A stretch of DNA of 64,000 nt. Origin: Yuukianura sp. NJ FZ-2021. Its lineage: Eukaryota. The translations under genes were made by a program, and so were the position numbers. The DNA lies in NCBI GenBank assembly GCA_046563655.1, contig CM102290.1:6200001-6264000 (forward strand), written 5' to 3'. How positions within the stretch are numbered: position 1 is the stretch's first letter; every line of letters starts with the position of its first letter. The notes beneath the pieces were generated by a model. That model was given only the letters and a program-made list of their open reading frames with translations, did not search any database and was not told the DNA's origin. This document shows, piece by piece, positions 25,950 through 36,274 of the stretch.

Positions 25950-27037
25950 TGTAACAGTGGAGAAAGCTGTCAATCAATCTTCTAGTATTGATTGGCAGAT
26001 TTCTCACTGGAGCACGGGAGAAGGGAATGAATTAGTTCATTCCTTTTTCGCGTGTTCCCTAATCAGGAGGGAGACGACCCCAGGGTGCTGACTGATCACC
26101 CTTATCAGCTGCGAAAAGTTTACGACTTTTCGCAATCAACAGTAAAAGTCAAGTCATGAGTAATCTGACGTGACTTAAGTTTCACTTAGTTAGCATTACT
26201 AATTCAAATTGTAAGACAAAGTTTATGTCTTTTTGTAAGAAAATAGATTAAGAAAAAGACTAGAAAATTGATGATTTTAGAACTTTGTAGTTACAAAGTG
26301 TAGATTAGTTTGACATGTTTATTAGTTAATGAGTTCGAAGATCATGTTCTTGCATGTTCAGATCTTCTAATCTTTAGGGATAAATAGAGGATCGGTAGTC
26401 CGACCTCTTGGTCAGTTGTCCGGTAGCTTTTACTTAACTCTTAACTTCTAGTAGGCACTCGGCCAGCCTGGCCCTTAAGTCTAAATTAAAAGCATCTACT
26501 TTCACTTCCTTTTCTTCACTTCTTTCAACTTCTAACTTCCAACGAGACGCTCCAGCCACCGTGGGTCAACCCGGGGAGTACCACCACCAACCAAAGTCTC
26601 CAGCCAACCCAAGGAGAGGTCGAGAGGTCAATCCAAACATCAGTAAGGGGTAGCGCCAAGGCCAGGCCAAAACCTCAGGTATGTAAAGCCACAGCACTTT
26701 ACTAGTAAAAGTACTCAGGTCCTCCTGCTGGGTTATGCCCACAAATGTTTAAAGAGCATTGAAGTTTAGCTACTTTCACTTTCATTCCTACCGACTTCCA
26801 CCAACCAATCCAAGAACTTAGGAAACCCCAGGACTAGTGCTAGACTAGTAGGTCATCGTTCTAACATAGATCAGTTAGGGAACAACTTCATGAGAATAGG
26901 TATTCCGTTCTCTTTTCTTTATTATAGATTATCGTTAGATTGATTGATTATTTCTCTATCGCCATTGATAGGCGTAGGAGTATGTAGATTAGATGATGAT
27001 ACGATGATAGTTAGAGTGAGAGATGGGAGAGGTTTCA
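25950..27037 (+). repeat. 5' LTR (1088 bp)
   Basis: TGTAAC...TTTCA; direct repeat of 44799-45887. Only one 1-bp indel was seen between them by eye. Confidence 0.97.
26379..26417 (+). promoter_or_regulatory. Putative LTR core promoter (TATA-like + Inr TCAGTT)
   Basis: TATA-like ATAAATA ~30 bp upstream of arthropod-type Inr TCAGTT (26412-26417). Confidence 0.45.
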
Positions 27038-27039
27038 AC

Positions 27040-27058
27040 TGGCGACCGTGACAGGATT
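27040..27058 (+). other. Primer-binding site, tRNA-Arg
   Basis: TGGCGACCGTGACAGGATT 2 nt after the LTR; complementary to the 3' end of insect tRNA-Arg(UCG), as in 412/mdg1-type elements. Confidence 0.88.
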
Positions 27059-28142
27059 GGTTGTCATGGAAGTCGCTATTGTCTTTAGAATTTGTTTTCG
27101 GAACAATAGGGATTTAGTCAAGTAGACGGTAGAAGGGGTCATGGACACCTCTATTCATGCAGTAGTAGGTATGGTGGTAGAAAGGTACCACATTAGTACT
27201 GACCGGTGGACTGTCTTTTTGGGACAATAGGAGATGTTGTAGTAGGCACCCCTTTTCCTTCTAGGTTATTATTTTAGGGAAACGATAAGTTAGGTTAAAA
27301 TTTTTCATAACGATATTAGGTTAGATTTCTTCTAGGTAGGTTAACTAATTTTAAGGACTTTTAGTTACTAGACAATTGACCCTCCAAGGGCTAGGATAGG
27401 CCAATGGAGTAAGACTTTAAGTGATTGCAGAACTTGAGTTCCGTGTCCGGAAAGGATTGGATTGTATTATTCCTTGTGAAAAGGACCAGTCGGGTCGATG
27501 AGTTGACCTTAGCAAACGGTGGAATCATGACCGGGCTATAGTTGTGGCTTTGCCCTATAGCTGCTCTTTCGTCGGGTGACAATCAGAAAACTTGGTGAGG
27601 GTGGAGTCATGACCTCCCGAGAGACAGGTTAGTATGTAGGAACAAGATTGGGGAGTGGTCACTTAGAGATATCACGATGGATCCGAAGGGGCGTGGACCC
27701 GCCTTAACTGGGCGGTCCATCATAGTTAGGGTGTTGATGTAGGTGTTAGGGATGTTCCTTCAGTAAGATGGCTAAGGTAGTAGAGGGCCCAATGGACTAC
27801 CGAAGAATGTTAAGGCGTTTTCGTTTACATTTTTGTAAAAGCTGTGAAAGCTTATAGAGCTGTGAAAGCTCACAGAAATTCACAATCCATGCCATCTGAC
27901 CGGGCCAGTAGCCTAAGGCTCGTTGTCAATTTTGCTCTGAAGTATACCCCATGCCTCCGGAAGAGGGCATAAGAGATTTTAAAAATTTTTGGGATTGTGA
28001 GAGGAACTGGTCTGACCCTGAACTAAAGCCACATCAGAGGGGTGATTGACCCGAAGATTGATGGGTCACCTACCTTATACAACTTGGACGTTAAGGTTAG
28101 GAAACTGGAATTGTTGAAATTCCTTTTATTTATCTTCTTAGA

Positions 28143-29525
28143 ATGACGAGGATGATAGGAATTATTTCGATTTGGGTGATGACCTTGATCTGTACAACAA
28201 CTACAATGGCTACCGTTCTCAGTTATGAGAACGAGGACACCATCCGCTGTCACGAAGGGATGGAGTACCCTATGAGGAGACGGAGACAAATTTTGGATCG
28301 GAGGTGGAAAACTTCAAATTTAACTTGGGACGTCAAAGAAGACATTCCCAATACGATGGATTTTAAAGATCTGATAGAGAACTTTGAGTTTGCTTTTCAA
28401 AAATGGGAAGAGATTTCGAATTTTACGTTTAGTCGTAGAGTCAATGAAACTGTAGACATTTCAATTCAATTTGCAAAAGGCTATCATGGCGACGTCATGG
28501 TTTTTGACGGTGTAGGAGGGATCCTAGCACACGCCTACTACCCGAATGTTGGGTTAGGCGGAGACATTCATTTTGATGCAGCCGAAAATTGGACTACCAC
28601 ACCTGGTAGAAAAGGAGTAGATGTATTTTCAGTTATGGTTCACGAGATAGGGCATGCACTAGGCTTATCACACTCTGAAGTACCAGGATCAGTGATGCAT
28701 CCGATGTATCATCTCATTGACAAGAACATGTCTATTGGAAAACGGGATAGAAATGCCTTGCGTGATCTTTATAGATTTAGTCGAAATCTATCGCATGGTA
28801 GGAGGGACGCATCCCCTACCTTGGATAACTTGATACAAAGTATGTGTAAGGAGAATTTCGAACATGTTTTAAAGTGGGGAAATGAGTTCTTCATTTTTAA
28901 TGACAACTACCATTATCGCCTTTCAAAGGGAAAAGTTTCTTTTCCATATAAAGTTTTCAATGCCAACTATTTTCAACATTACCCTCCGAACATGGGAATT
29001 GAGTTAATTTTCCGATTTTATGAGAAAACATTTCTCATTGGTGATGATCAACTCTGGGAGTTTGGGTTCGCAGCAACATTATCACCCGGGTATCCCAAAC
29101 CAATGACAGAACTAGGAATCAATGAAACTAGAGTTATCGGTGTATTGTCATCCCCAAAACGACTGTATTTACAGTTAGAAAACGGCTGGAAACAGTACTA
29201 TATACATCAAAGATTCCTGCAAGAATGGACCTACTCACAAGGCATGCTACCCCAACTTACTAATCTCACCCAGGCGTTTAACGTAATTGATATCCATCCG
29301 GAAGGCTACACCACGTATAATGGTAGCCATATTTTAGATTTTGACACCAATTTGGTCTTACATTCCGTGAAGCCTTTAATGGACTATTTGGAGTTGCCAT
29401 GCAATTCCGTTGAGGCTTTGGTAGTGTCAGAACCTATCGGTGGCCTGCCGTTAACAGGAATAGCTTTAGGTAGTACCACTGTTGTAGTCATAATTGTGGT
29501 GTTAGTTTGCTGGTTTTGCACCTAA
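28143..29525 (+). CDS. Membrane-type matrix metalloproteinase (M10 matrixin)
   Basis: Signal peptide, short prodomain with RC and furin site RRRR, FDGVGGILAHAYYP, GDIHFD, zinc motif HEIGHALGLSHS, Met-turn SVMHP, hemopexin-like region, C-terminal TM; intronless. Confidence 0.95.
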   Translation: MTRMIGIISIWVMTLICTTTTMATVLSYENEDTIRCHEGMEYPMRRRRQILDRRWKTSNLTWDVKEDIPNTMDFKDLIENFEFAFQKWEEISNFTFSRRVNETVDISIQFAKGYHGDVMVFDGVGGILAHAYYPNVGLGGDIHFDAAENWTTTPGRKGVDVFSVMVHEIGHALGLSHSEVPGSVMHPMYHLIDKNMSIGKRDRNALRDLYRFSRNLSHGRRDASPTLDNLIQSMCKENFEHVLKWGNEFFIFNDNYHYRLSKGKVSFPYKVFNANYFQHYPPNMGIELIFRFYEKTFLIGDDQLWEFGFAATLSPGYPKPMTELGINETRVIGVLSSPKRLYLQLENGWKQYYIHQRFLQEWTYSQGMLPQLTNLTQAFNVIDIHPEGYTTYNGSHILDFDTNLVLHSVKPLMDYLELPCNSVEALVVSEPIGGLPLTGIALGSTTVVVIIVVLVCWFCT

Positions 29526-29659
29526 GGGTATCCAGTAGGTTTCGTACCTCTATTTATTTATCCTATTTATTGATTGAATCATTCGGAAAATAAACTAGTA
29601 CGCAGATAATAAGTCGGGTGGAGTTTATATGGTTTGTTTTATTCTAAAGTTAACGTGGA

Positions 29660-31210
29660 ATGAGCGAAGGAGGTTCAAGTCCACCGCGAACTAGAAAACA
29701 ACAACAAGAACCAGAGTTTGGAGTTCACGATTTGTCCATTGTTTTGAAACAAGCCAGAGGGAAGTCGAAGTCACCAAATCAAGGTGATCAACCCCCAGGC
29801 TCGTCTACAGGTGTTGCGGTACCGGAGGTAGGTACATTACCTCAGACTTCCAGACCAAGCGATTCAGGGATTATTGAAGTTAGTATTTCACAACTCGCTT
29901 CTGATATCGAGGAAGTACCGTCAGGCACAGACGAAACTTTTCGATCTATAGAGTCAGGAGGATCTGATCAGGAGGCTGACGTATCCTTAGAAAGCATAAC
30001 TAGTATCCTTTCTCGGAGAGATAGGGTTAAAAGTGAATCGGAGGCAAATAAAATTCCTGAAGGCGAGTCAAGTTCAATGGCTGATCCAACTAGTATGGCA
30101 CAGGCTTCTACCGCGCAGGTTGCTGCACCCCAAGCTGGTGCAAGTAGCACTGCAGCTACTGCAGGGAGCGTCATTCAAGCTCCACCTCCGACCAGCATGA
30201 TTGTATCGATGTGGACACCCCCAGGGGATGTTTTGTTTGAGGGGAAACGCGGGTTTCCAGCATCCAACTTTTTGAGCACGTTTAAAGCAATAGCAGCTAA
30301 CCAGCATTGGGACTCTTCAACTAAGGTGAAGAATTTCCCGTTGTATCTCCGGAAATATGCAAAGACATGGTTTTTGAATTTCATGACGGATTGGGAAAGA
30401 GACCCAGCCCATAAGGACGCGGCAGGGCAACCCATTGAGGTCACTTGGAAAGATCTGAAAGAAGCTTTTCAAACTGATTTCCGTTCTCGTTTAACGGAAG
30501 AGGAGCTTGAGTTCAAGCTCACTCAAATGAAAAGAGCACCCAAAGAATCTGTTGAGGATTATTGTGGAAAAATTGGTCGTTTGTGTGACCAATTGGATAA
30601 AAGTCAAGGTACGGTTATGAAGGAGGAGAAAAGAGTCAATTTTCTTTTGAAGGGACTAACACCAGACGTTAGTCAGGAAATTTTCTTGCGGCAACCGAAG
30701 ACGTCAAAGGACGTTATGAAGTTTTTGATTGAGAAGGAAAATTATGAGTTCATGATGAAGAGAAAGAAGACTAGCGGCGACGTTGGGAAGGTCACTGCTC
30801 AGTTACATAACATAGTAGTAGGCAATGACAGTGACCCAGAAGATTCTTTCAAGGATTCAATGAAGAAATTCGATAAAGCTCTGAAAGTTCAGGATCAGCA
30901 GAGAGGAAAATTCAAAGGCTACAGAGGAATGGCAGGTCATGGTTATAGAGGTAGGGCAATTCCAGGTCAAGGCCCACGCATACCTGTGAATCAGGTTTAT
31001 GGAGGCTTGGCAGCGCAAGCAAATGTTTGGCCACGCCCTAGATTCCCAGCTAACAACTTCCGAGGTCGAGGTCGCGGGTATGTGATGTCACTTGCCTGTT
31101 GGAACTGTGGTGGGCCGCATCGTATGATGCAATGCCCTAATCGACAGCAAGTTGCCACCTCATCCACGCAAACCACACAACCGCAGGGAAACGCCAGAGT
31201 GCATCAGTAG
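29660..31210 (+). CDS. gag: Gag
   Basis: Retrotransposon capsid-like region (AKTWF...TWKDLKEAF...ESVEDY...FLLKGL), RG-rich region, CCHC CWNCGGPHRMMQC. Confidence 0.93.
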   Translation: MSEGGSSPPRTRKQQQEPEFGVHDLSIVLKQARGKSKSPNQGDQPPGSSTGVAVPEVGTLPQTSRPSDSGIIEVSISQLASDIEEVPSGTDETFRSIESGGSDQEADVSLESITSILSRRDRVKSESEANKIPEGESSSMADPTSMAQASTAQVAAPQAGASSTAATAGSVIQAPPPTSMIVSMWTPPGDVLFEGKRGFPASNFLSTFKAIAANQHWDSSTKVKNFPLYLRKYAKTWFLNFMTDWERDPAHKDAAGQPIEVTWKDLKEAFQTDFRSRLTEEELEFKLTQMKRAPKESVEDYCGKIGRLCDQLDKSQGTVMKEEKRVNFLLKGLTPDVSQEIFLRQPKTSKDVMKFLIEKENYEFMMKRKKTSGDVGKVTAQLHNIVVGNDSDPEDSFKDSMKKFDKALKVQDQQRGKFKGYRGMAGHGYRGRAIPGQGPRIPVNQVYGGLAAQANVWPRPRFPANNFRGRGRGYVMSLACWNCGGPHRMMQCPNRQQVATSSTQTTQPQGNARVHQ

Positions 31211-31244
31211 GAAGGGCTGATGTCGAATCTAGTGCAAAGCCTTC
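31186..31244 (+). other. -1 frameshift signal (G GGA AAC + putative pseudoknot), element 2
   Basis: Heptamer 31186-31192 in gag phase; the -1 frame is open into pol. Stem GCATCAG/CTGATGT whose loop GAAGG is complementary to downstream CCTTC. Confidence 0.78.
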
Positions 31245-34200
31245 ACTAAAATCAAATAAAGTCGAAATTGTTCCGGTTTATTCGCTGCTTACCAATGTTT
31301 CATTTGATAATAACAGAATGAACTGCGGTACAGGGATGAATAAGGGCAATTTGATAACTACCATTTATCTGCAAAGAGAAGGAAATCTGAAGAAATGTTC
31401 CTGCTTAATTGACACGGGTGCAGGAATTAGTTTTATTCGAATTAATAACGTTCGTAGAGATGAGTTGAAGGAAGATGACTCAGGTCATAAGATACTCATG
31501 CCCAACAAAGAGAGATTTCCCGTTTTAGGAACTGTAGTCAGAAATGTCACATTCTCTCGGAAGGAAGGTGAATTCGTCACTCACAAGTTTCATGTGGTGG
31601 AAAAAGCTTTTTATGATGTCATCCTGGGAAATGATTTCCATGATGATCACAGTCTAGCTTTGAAGTTTACCAGATCAGGTGGAATCCATGGATCATTTAA
31701 ATATGACAGCATGCCCCAGCCACAAACTTTCAGTTTGTTGACTAAGAAGGCGTTAGAGATCGATATCAATATGTTGTATAAAGTTGAAGATTCACAGGTT
31801 GTTAGACATGAGCCATCCCAACCGAAGGTTTTAACTGTCGATGAAGTAATTTTGCCACCGTTTGCAACAACCAAAGTTAAAGTGTTTCCCATTCATCGCA
31901 TTCAAGGGACTTTAGCGTTTGAGCCGAATAACGTAGCATTGGATAAACTGGGAATTTGTATTCCGTATTTAGCCAATATTCCTGAGGGAGAATTCGATCT
32001 ACCCGTAGATAATCCTAGACCACATCCCGTCCGATTATATCGAGGAGTTAACGTGGGAAATATCTGTAGAGTTCATATTCGAGAAGTTGAATCGGAAGAA
32101 AACATTCGTGAATTGAGAATGCAGTCTACAAAGGAAAATATAGATCAAATTGACATAAACAAGGAATTACCTGAAGAAGAACAAAAACAATTACGAGAAC
32201 TGTTACTCCAGTATGGTGACTGTTTTGCTTGGAATCTAGATCAGCTAGGGAAAGCAAAAGATGTAATGTTTCGAATAGACACAGGAGATTCACTTCCGAT
32301 AAGTTGTCCTCCTTATAAGAAATCCCCGGCGGAAAAAGAGATCATTGATGCTGAGGTAAATAATTTATTGAAGGCAGGGATCATTCGAGAAAGTCGATCT
32401 CCGTGGTCGGCTGGTGTCTCTCTCGTTAAAAAGAAAGATAGTAATAAATATCGAATGGTAGTTGACTGGCGTCGATTAAATTTCGTGACGAAGACTGTGA
32501 ATTGGCCGATGGCCATAATAAGTGAATTGTTGTCTTCATTTAACGGTGCTCGATATTTTTCCTGCATTGATTTAATGAGTGGTTACATGCAACTCCCCAT
32601 CCATCCGGATGATGTAGAAAAGACAAGCTTCGTGACTCATTCAGGCACATATGAATACCTATACATGGGTTTTGGTCTCACCAACGCACCAGCAGCTTTT
32701 AGTGCATATATAAAAACAGTTTTGGGAAATAGAATCCATTCCATATGCACTGCCTATTTAGACGATGTGTGCGTTTTCTCCAAAGATTTCGCAAGCCATC
32801 TTAAGAATCTAGAGGAAGTGCTGCGACAATTTAGAGCTTTCAATTTAACGTTGCAGCCGCCCAAATGCCATTTTGCAAAAACAAAATTGGAAATTTTAGG
32901 ACATGTTATTTCTGGAGAAGGAGTTGCTGTTAATCCAGATAAAGTTAGAGCTATCGTGGAAATGCCACCTCCTAGAAATATTAGCGAAGTTCGAACATTT
33001 CTCGGCATGACCGGTTATTATCGACGTTTTATTTTAAACTACAGTCAGATAGCCCAACCTCTAACGAATTTAACGAAAAAGAATGCAAACTTCAAATGGG
33101 GTTCTGAGGAAGACGAGGCTTTTAACATCTTAAGACAAAAGTTAACTTCCGCACCTATTTTGGCTTTCTTTAATGAAAGTGCTGAACTTGAGTTACACAC
33201 TGACGCATCTCACAAAGGTATTGCAGCCATTTTGAATCAACGGAGTCCGGAAGGAACTCTTCATGTCATTGCATATGCTAGCAGAACTTACAGAGGAGCA
33301 GAAGCTCGTTATAGTACGACAGAACAGGAACTTTTAGCTGTCGTCTGGGGACTGGAAAAATATAGGGAATATATTGGATTCAAGGGAATTATCATTGTTG
33401 TAGACCATCATGCACTTTGTTACTTGAAAACTTGTCGGAATCTACGTAATTCTCGAATGGCTAGGTGGGCTTTACGCCTTCAGGACGTCGACTACGTCAT
33501 CAAACATGTAAATGGTAAAACACATGTCCAAGCCGATTGTTTATCCAGATTTCCAGTGGAAGATAATTCCGAATTTGTTGATGACTTTCCAGATAGTTGG
33601 TACAATTTACAGTTGATTGTTCCAGTAGACTTTACAGAGAAATTAGCTGAGAGACAGCAATTAGATGATCGGTTGGTGAGAATCATCCAGTCGCTCAAGT
33701 CATCCAAACGAAAGTTTAGTAAGAGGTTTAGCTTAGATGACGATGTCTTAAAATATAAATGCCCAAGAAGTCAGAATTTATTACCAGTGATTCCATCTCA
33801 CTGGGTGTCAACCATCCTACCTCATTTTCATGATAACGTCATGATGGGACACATGGGTGTCGCCAGGACATTAGAACGGGCTCGTCAGAGTGTATTTTTC
33901 TTCAAGATGGAGAAATTGATTACCCGTTATGTCAAGTCTTGCAAAACTTGTCAGCTTAGGAGATCGAGAAATACGAAACCAATTGGAAAATTGTGTCCGA
34001 TTCCGGTTGGAGATTTATTTGAGCGTGTGTCTGTCGATGTAATAGGTCCGCTTCCGACTAGTAAGTCAGGAAATAAGTTCATTGTGGTACTGGTGGAGTA
34101 CCTTTCTAGATTCATTTTCGCCAAGGCAATCAAAGCGAATAACACCAAAGCTATGCTTGACTTTTTGATGGACATTATCCAAACACATGGTGTGTTTAAA

Positions 34201-35262
34201 TCAATTCAGACGGATAATGCGAGTACGTTCCGTTCATCCTTCTTTAAACAGTTCAATTCTTTGATCGGAACTGTGAACTTGTACTCCACTCCGTATCATA
34301 GTCGAACCAATGGACTGGTTGAGCGAAGTAACCGTAGTATCGAAGAAATTTTATCTAATTATGTACTGCAGAGTCAAAGGGACTGGGATCGGTATTTAGG
34401 TTCCGCTGTTTTTGCTCTCAATACTGCAGTTCACAAAGAGAGCACTGGGTTTAGCAGCTATTATATCATGTATGGACGCCATCCGTTCCATCCTCTTGAC
34501 GTTGCGTTGGATACATCGCGACAATGGGAAGACATCCCATCACGGATTCGTAAAATGCACGAGGCCAGAGAATTGGCTCGGGTTGGTATTCAAAAGGCAC
34601 AGAAAAAGCAAGCAGGTTTGTTCGATCCCAAACGTCTCCCGTTAGAGTATGACATTGGAGATAAGGTTCTCATTAAAGTTAAAGTTGTCAAAGCTGGCCG
34701 AACTCGGAAATTGGCCATGCGGTATAAAGGTCCATATGTTGTTGTACAGAAGGTCTCACCCTTAGCGTATCATTGCTCACCTGTCGGTGCTGCATCGGAT
34801 GATGTCCCAGTTAGGGTACATATTGAAAATATGAAGCGTTATGTTGAAGATGATTTACTTCACATTTGTGAGAGACTTTCCGCTCCAGGAGTAGCGGCAG
34901 ATCAAGTTGGGGAAGACGGTTGTAATAGACCCACCCAAGAAAATTTTGATGACCTAGCCGAAAAGTTGAAAGGAATTTCGATCGGCAAGGATAATGCTAG
35001 AGCAGTTTCAAATGAGTTGACGAATATTTCGAATTTTGAAATACCGTTGGAGTCGGATGTTCCCAATGAGTTGGAAACCGATGAATTGGAAGAGGACGTG
35101 GAATCCTCTGATGTAGAATCTGAAGAGTTCTTAGAATCTTCTGAAGATGAAGAAATTAGACAAGCAGAGTTAAAAGATAAAGAAGTAAATGTCGAAGAGA
35201 AAAATGTAATTACGACAAGGTACGGCCGAGTAGTCCGAAAACCAGTTAGGTTCCTGGACTAA
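31186..35262 (+). CDS. pol: Pol polyprotein (PR-RT-RH-IN), from the frameshift site
   Basis: LIDTGA, YLDD, TDAS, HDNVMMGHMG..CKTC, VDVIGP/TDNA/VERSN, KGPY, acidic tail ending TRYGRVVRKPVRF; no stops. Confidence 0.97.
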   Translation, partial: GKRQSASVGRADVESSAKPSLKSNKVEIVPVYSLLTNVSFDNNRMNCGTGMNKGNLITTIYLQREGNLKKCSCLIDTGAGISFIRINNVRRDELKEDDSGHKILMPNKERFPVLGTVVRNVTFSRKEGEFVTHKFHVVEKAFYDVILGNDFHDDHSLALKFTRSGGIHGSFKYDSMPQPQTFSLLTKKALEIDINMLYKVEDSQVVRHEPSQPKVLTVDEVILPPFATTKVKVFPIHRIQGTLAFEPNNVALDKLGICIPYLANIPEGEFDLPVDNPRPHPVRLYRGVNVGNICRVHIREVESEENIRELRMQSTKENIDQIDINKELPEEEQKQLRELLLQYGDCFAWNLDQLGKAKDVMFRIDTGDSLPISCPPYKKSPAEKEIIDAEVNNLLKAGIIRESRSPWSAGVSLVKKKDSNKYRMVVDWRRLNFVTKTVNWPMAIISELLSSFNGARYFSCIDLMSGYMQLPIHPDDVEKTSFVTHSGTYEYLYMGFGLTNAPAAFSAYIKTVLGNRIHSICTAYLDDVCVFSKDFASHLKNLEEVLRQFRAFNLTLQPPKCHFAKTKLEILGHVISGEGVAVNPDKVRAIVEMPPPRNISEVRTFLGMTGYYRRFILNYSQIAQPLTNLTKKNANFKWGSEEDEAFNILRQKLTSAPILAFFNESAELELHTDASHKGIAAILNQRSPEGTLHVIAYASRTYRGAEARYSTTEQELLAVVWGLEKYREYIGFKGIIIVVDHHALCYLKTCRNLRNSRMARWALRLQDVDYVIKHVNGKTHVQADCLSRFPVEDNSEFVDDFPDSWYNLQLIVPVDFTEKLAERQQLDDRLVRIIQSLKSSKRKFSKRFSLDDDVLKYKCPRSQNLLPVIPSHWVSTILPHFHDNVMMGHMGVARTLERARQSVFFFKMEKLITRYVKSCKTCQLRRSRNTKPIGKLCPIPVGDLFERVSVDVIGPLPTSKSGNKFIVVLVEYLSRFIFAKAIKANNTKAMLDFLMDIIQTHGVFKSIQTDNASTFRSSFFKQFNSLIGTVNLYSTPYHSRTNGLVERSNRSIEEILSNYVLQSQRDWDRYLGSAVFALNTAVHKESTGFSSYYIMYGRHPFHPLDVALDTSRQWEDIPSRIRKMHEARELARVGIQKAQKKQAGLFDPKRLPLEYDIGDKVLIKVKVVKAGRTRKLAMRYKGPYVVVQKVSPLAYHCSPVGAASDDVPVRVHIENMKRYVEDDLLHICERLSAPGVAADQVGEDGCNRPTQENFDDLAEKLKGISIGKDNARAVSNELTNISNFEIPLESDVPNELETDELEEDVESSDVESEEFLESSEDEEIRQAELKDKEVNVEEKNVITTRYGRVVRKPVRFLD

Positions 35263-35392
35263 AGCCTTGCACATTGGATCTTTCGTGTCCAAGCGCTGTT
35301 GGATAATATAAACTGTAGGCCTGTAAACCATAGGCTTATTGACTAAAAAAATTTTTAGATATACAAAATTTGTCAGGATATTGAGAAAAACA

Positions 35393-36208
35393 ATGGATTC
35401 GAAGAACACAGAAGTGTCCAAACACGGACCGGCAAAGGAAAGCCATCTTCAGATCCAAAGAGAACTTACGTCACTGAGTGATTTGCCACTCATCAGCATT
35501 ATAAGAAAGCTGTGCGTAATGGACGCCTCCAAGTTCAAGGAAGCTGTTCAAGGGTACCCAAGAGTAGTAGAACTAGTAGAAACAGAGATCGATAGGGCAA
35601 TGGCCAACTGGGATACAGTAATAGAAAAATTTGAATTACTCAGCCTCGTACCCCCTGATCAGTTCGAGACGGAACAAAAATACGGATCTCACGAGAAGAG
35701 ATGGTACATGTCTCAGATACCGATTGATCACACACCCGTTAGGCATATTGACATATTCAGAATCCTACATTGTGGGTTCAGGTGTGATGCAGAGGTTTTT
35801 AAGGCGTTGTCTGCTGACGACCTTATAGAAATCGTAAACACTTTGAAGGTAGAAGTCTCCGCAGGAGCATGCTTTAGATCACGAACCCCGAGGTCAGTCA
35901 GATTTCATAAACAGCATTTTCAGGATTACCCGTTTAATTTTTGCAAATTGGCACAAGTTGTGAGAGAGATGAAAGGGGATGAATCAGTATACCAGCAGTT
36001 ATTGCAGAATTATAAGAGTGAATACGAAAAATACTTAAACTCTCTCAGCCCCAGGCAAAGACAAATGCGGGAGACTGTGAAGAAAGAATGTGCCGAAAAC
36101 CAAAGGAATGTTTCCGACGAATATGTCGAATTTGTGTGTCAGCTTTCAGATGCGAAAAATCGACTTTACGATTTTCAAATCCCAGCCTCAGCAGGAGGTC
36201 TTGAGTAA
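35393..36208 (+). CDS. Accessory paralogue 1, N-terminal F-box-like motif
   Basis: SLSDLPLISIIRKL..MDA; shares HEKxWYxxQxP and YxxxLSxRQ motifs with the next two ORFs; ATG follows an AG acceptor. Confidence 0.7.
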   Translation: MDSKNTEVSKHGPAKESHLQIQRELTSLSDLPLISIIRKLCVMDASKFKEAVQGYPRVVELVETEIDRAMANWDTVIEKFELLSLVPPDQFETEQKYGSHEKRWYMSQIPIDHTPVRHIDIFRILHCGFRCDAEVFKALSADDLIEIVNTLKVEVSAGACFRSRTPRSVRFHKQHFQDYPFNFCKLAQVVREMKGDESVYQQLLQNYKSEYEKYLNSLSPRQRQMRETVKKECAENQRNVSDEYVEFVCQLSDAKNRLYDFQIPASAGGLE

Positions 36209-36274
36209 AACATAACGTGGACATTAAGCTGATTTAACTGAGAATAGAAATACAAAATTTTGGTAGGAATAACT

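Noticed and set aside
27840..27980. Possible ribozyme in the structured 5' leader (AGCTGTGAAAGCT direct repeat, hairpins)
   Set aside because: No complete hammerhead or HDV core could be assembled by eye.
34860..35262. Possible chromodomain at the integrase C-terminus
   Set aside because: The region is acidic and low-complexity, with no aromatic-cage chromodomain pattern.
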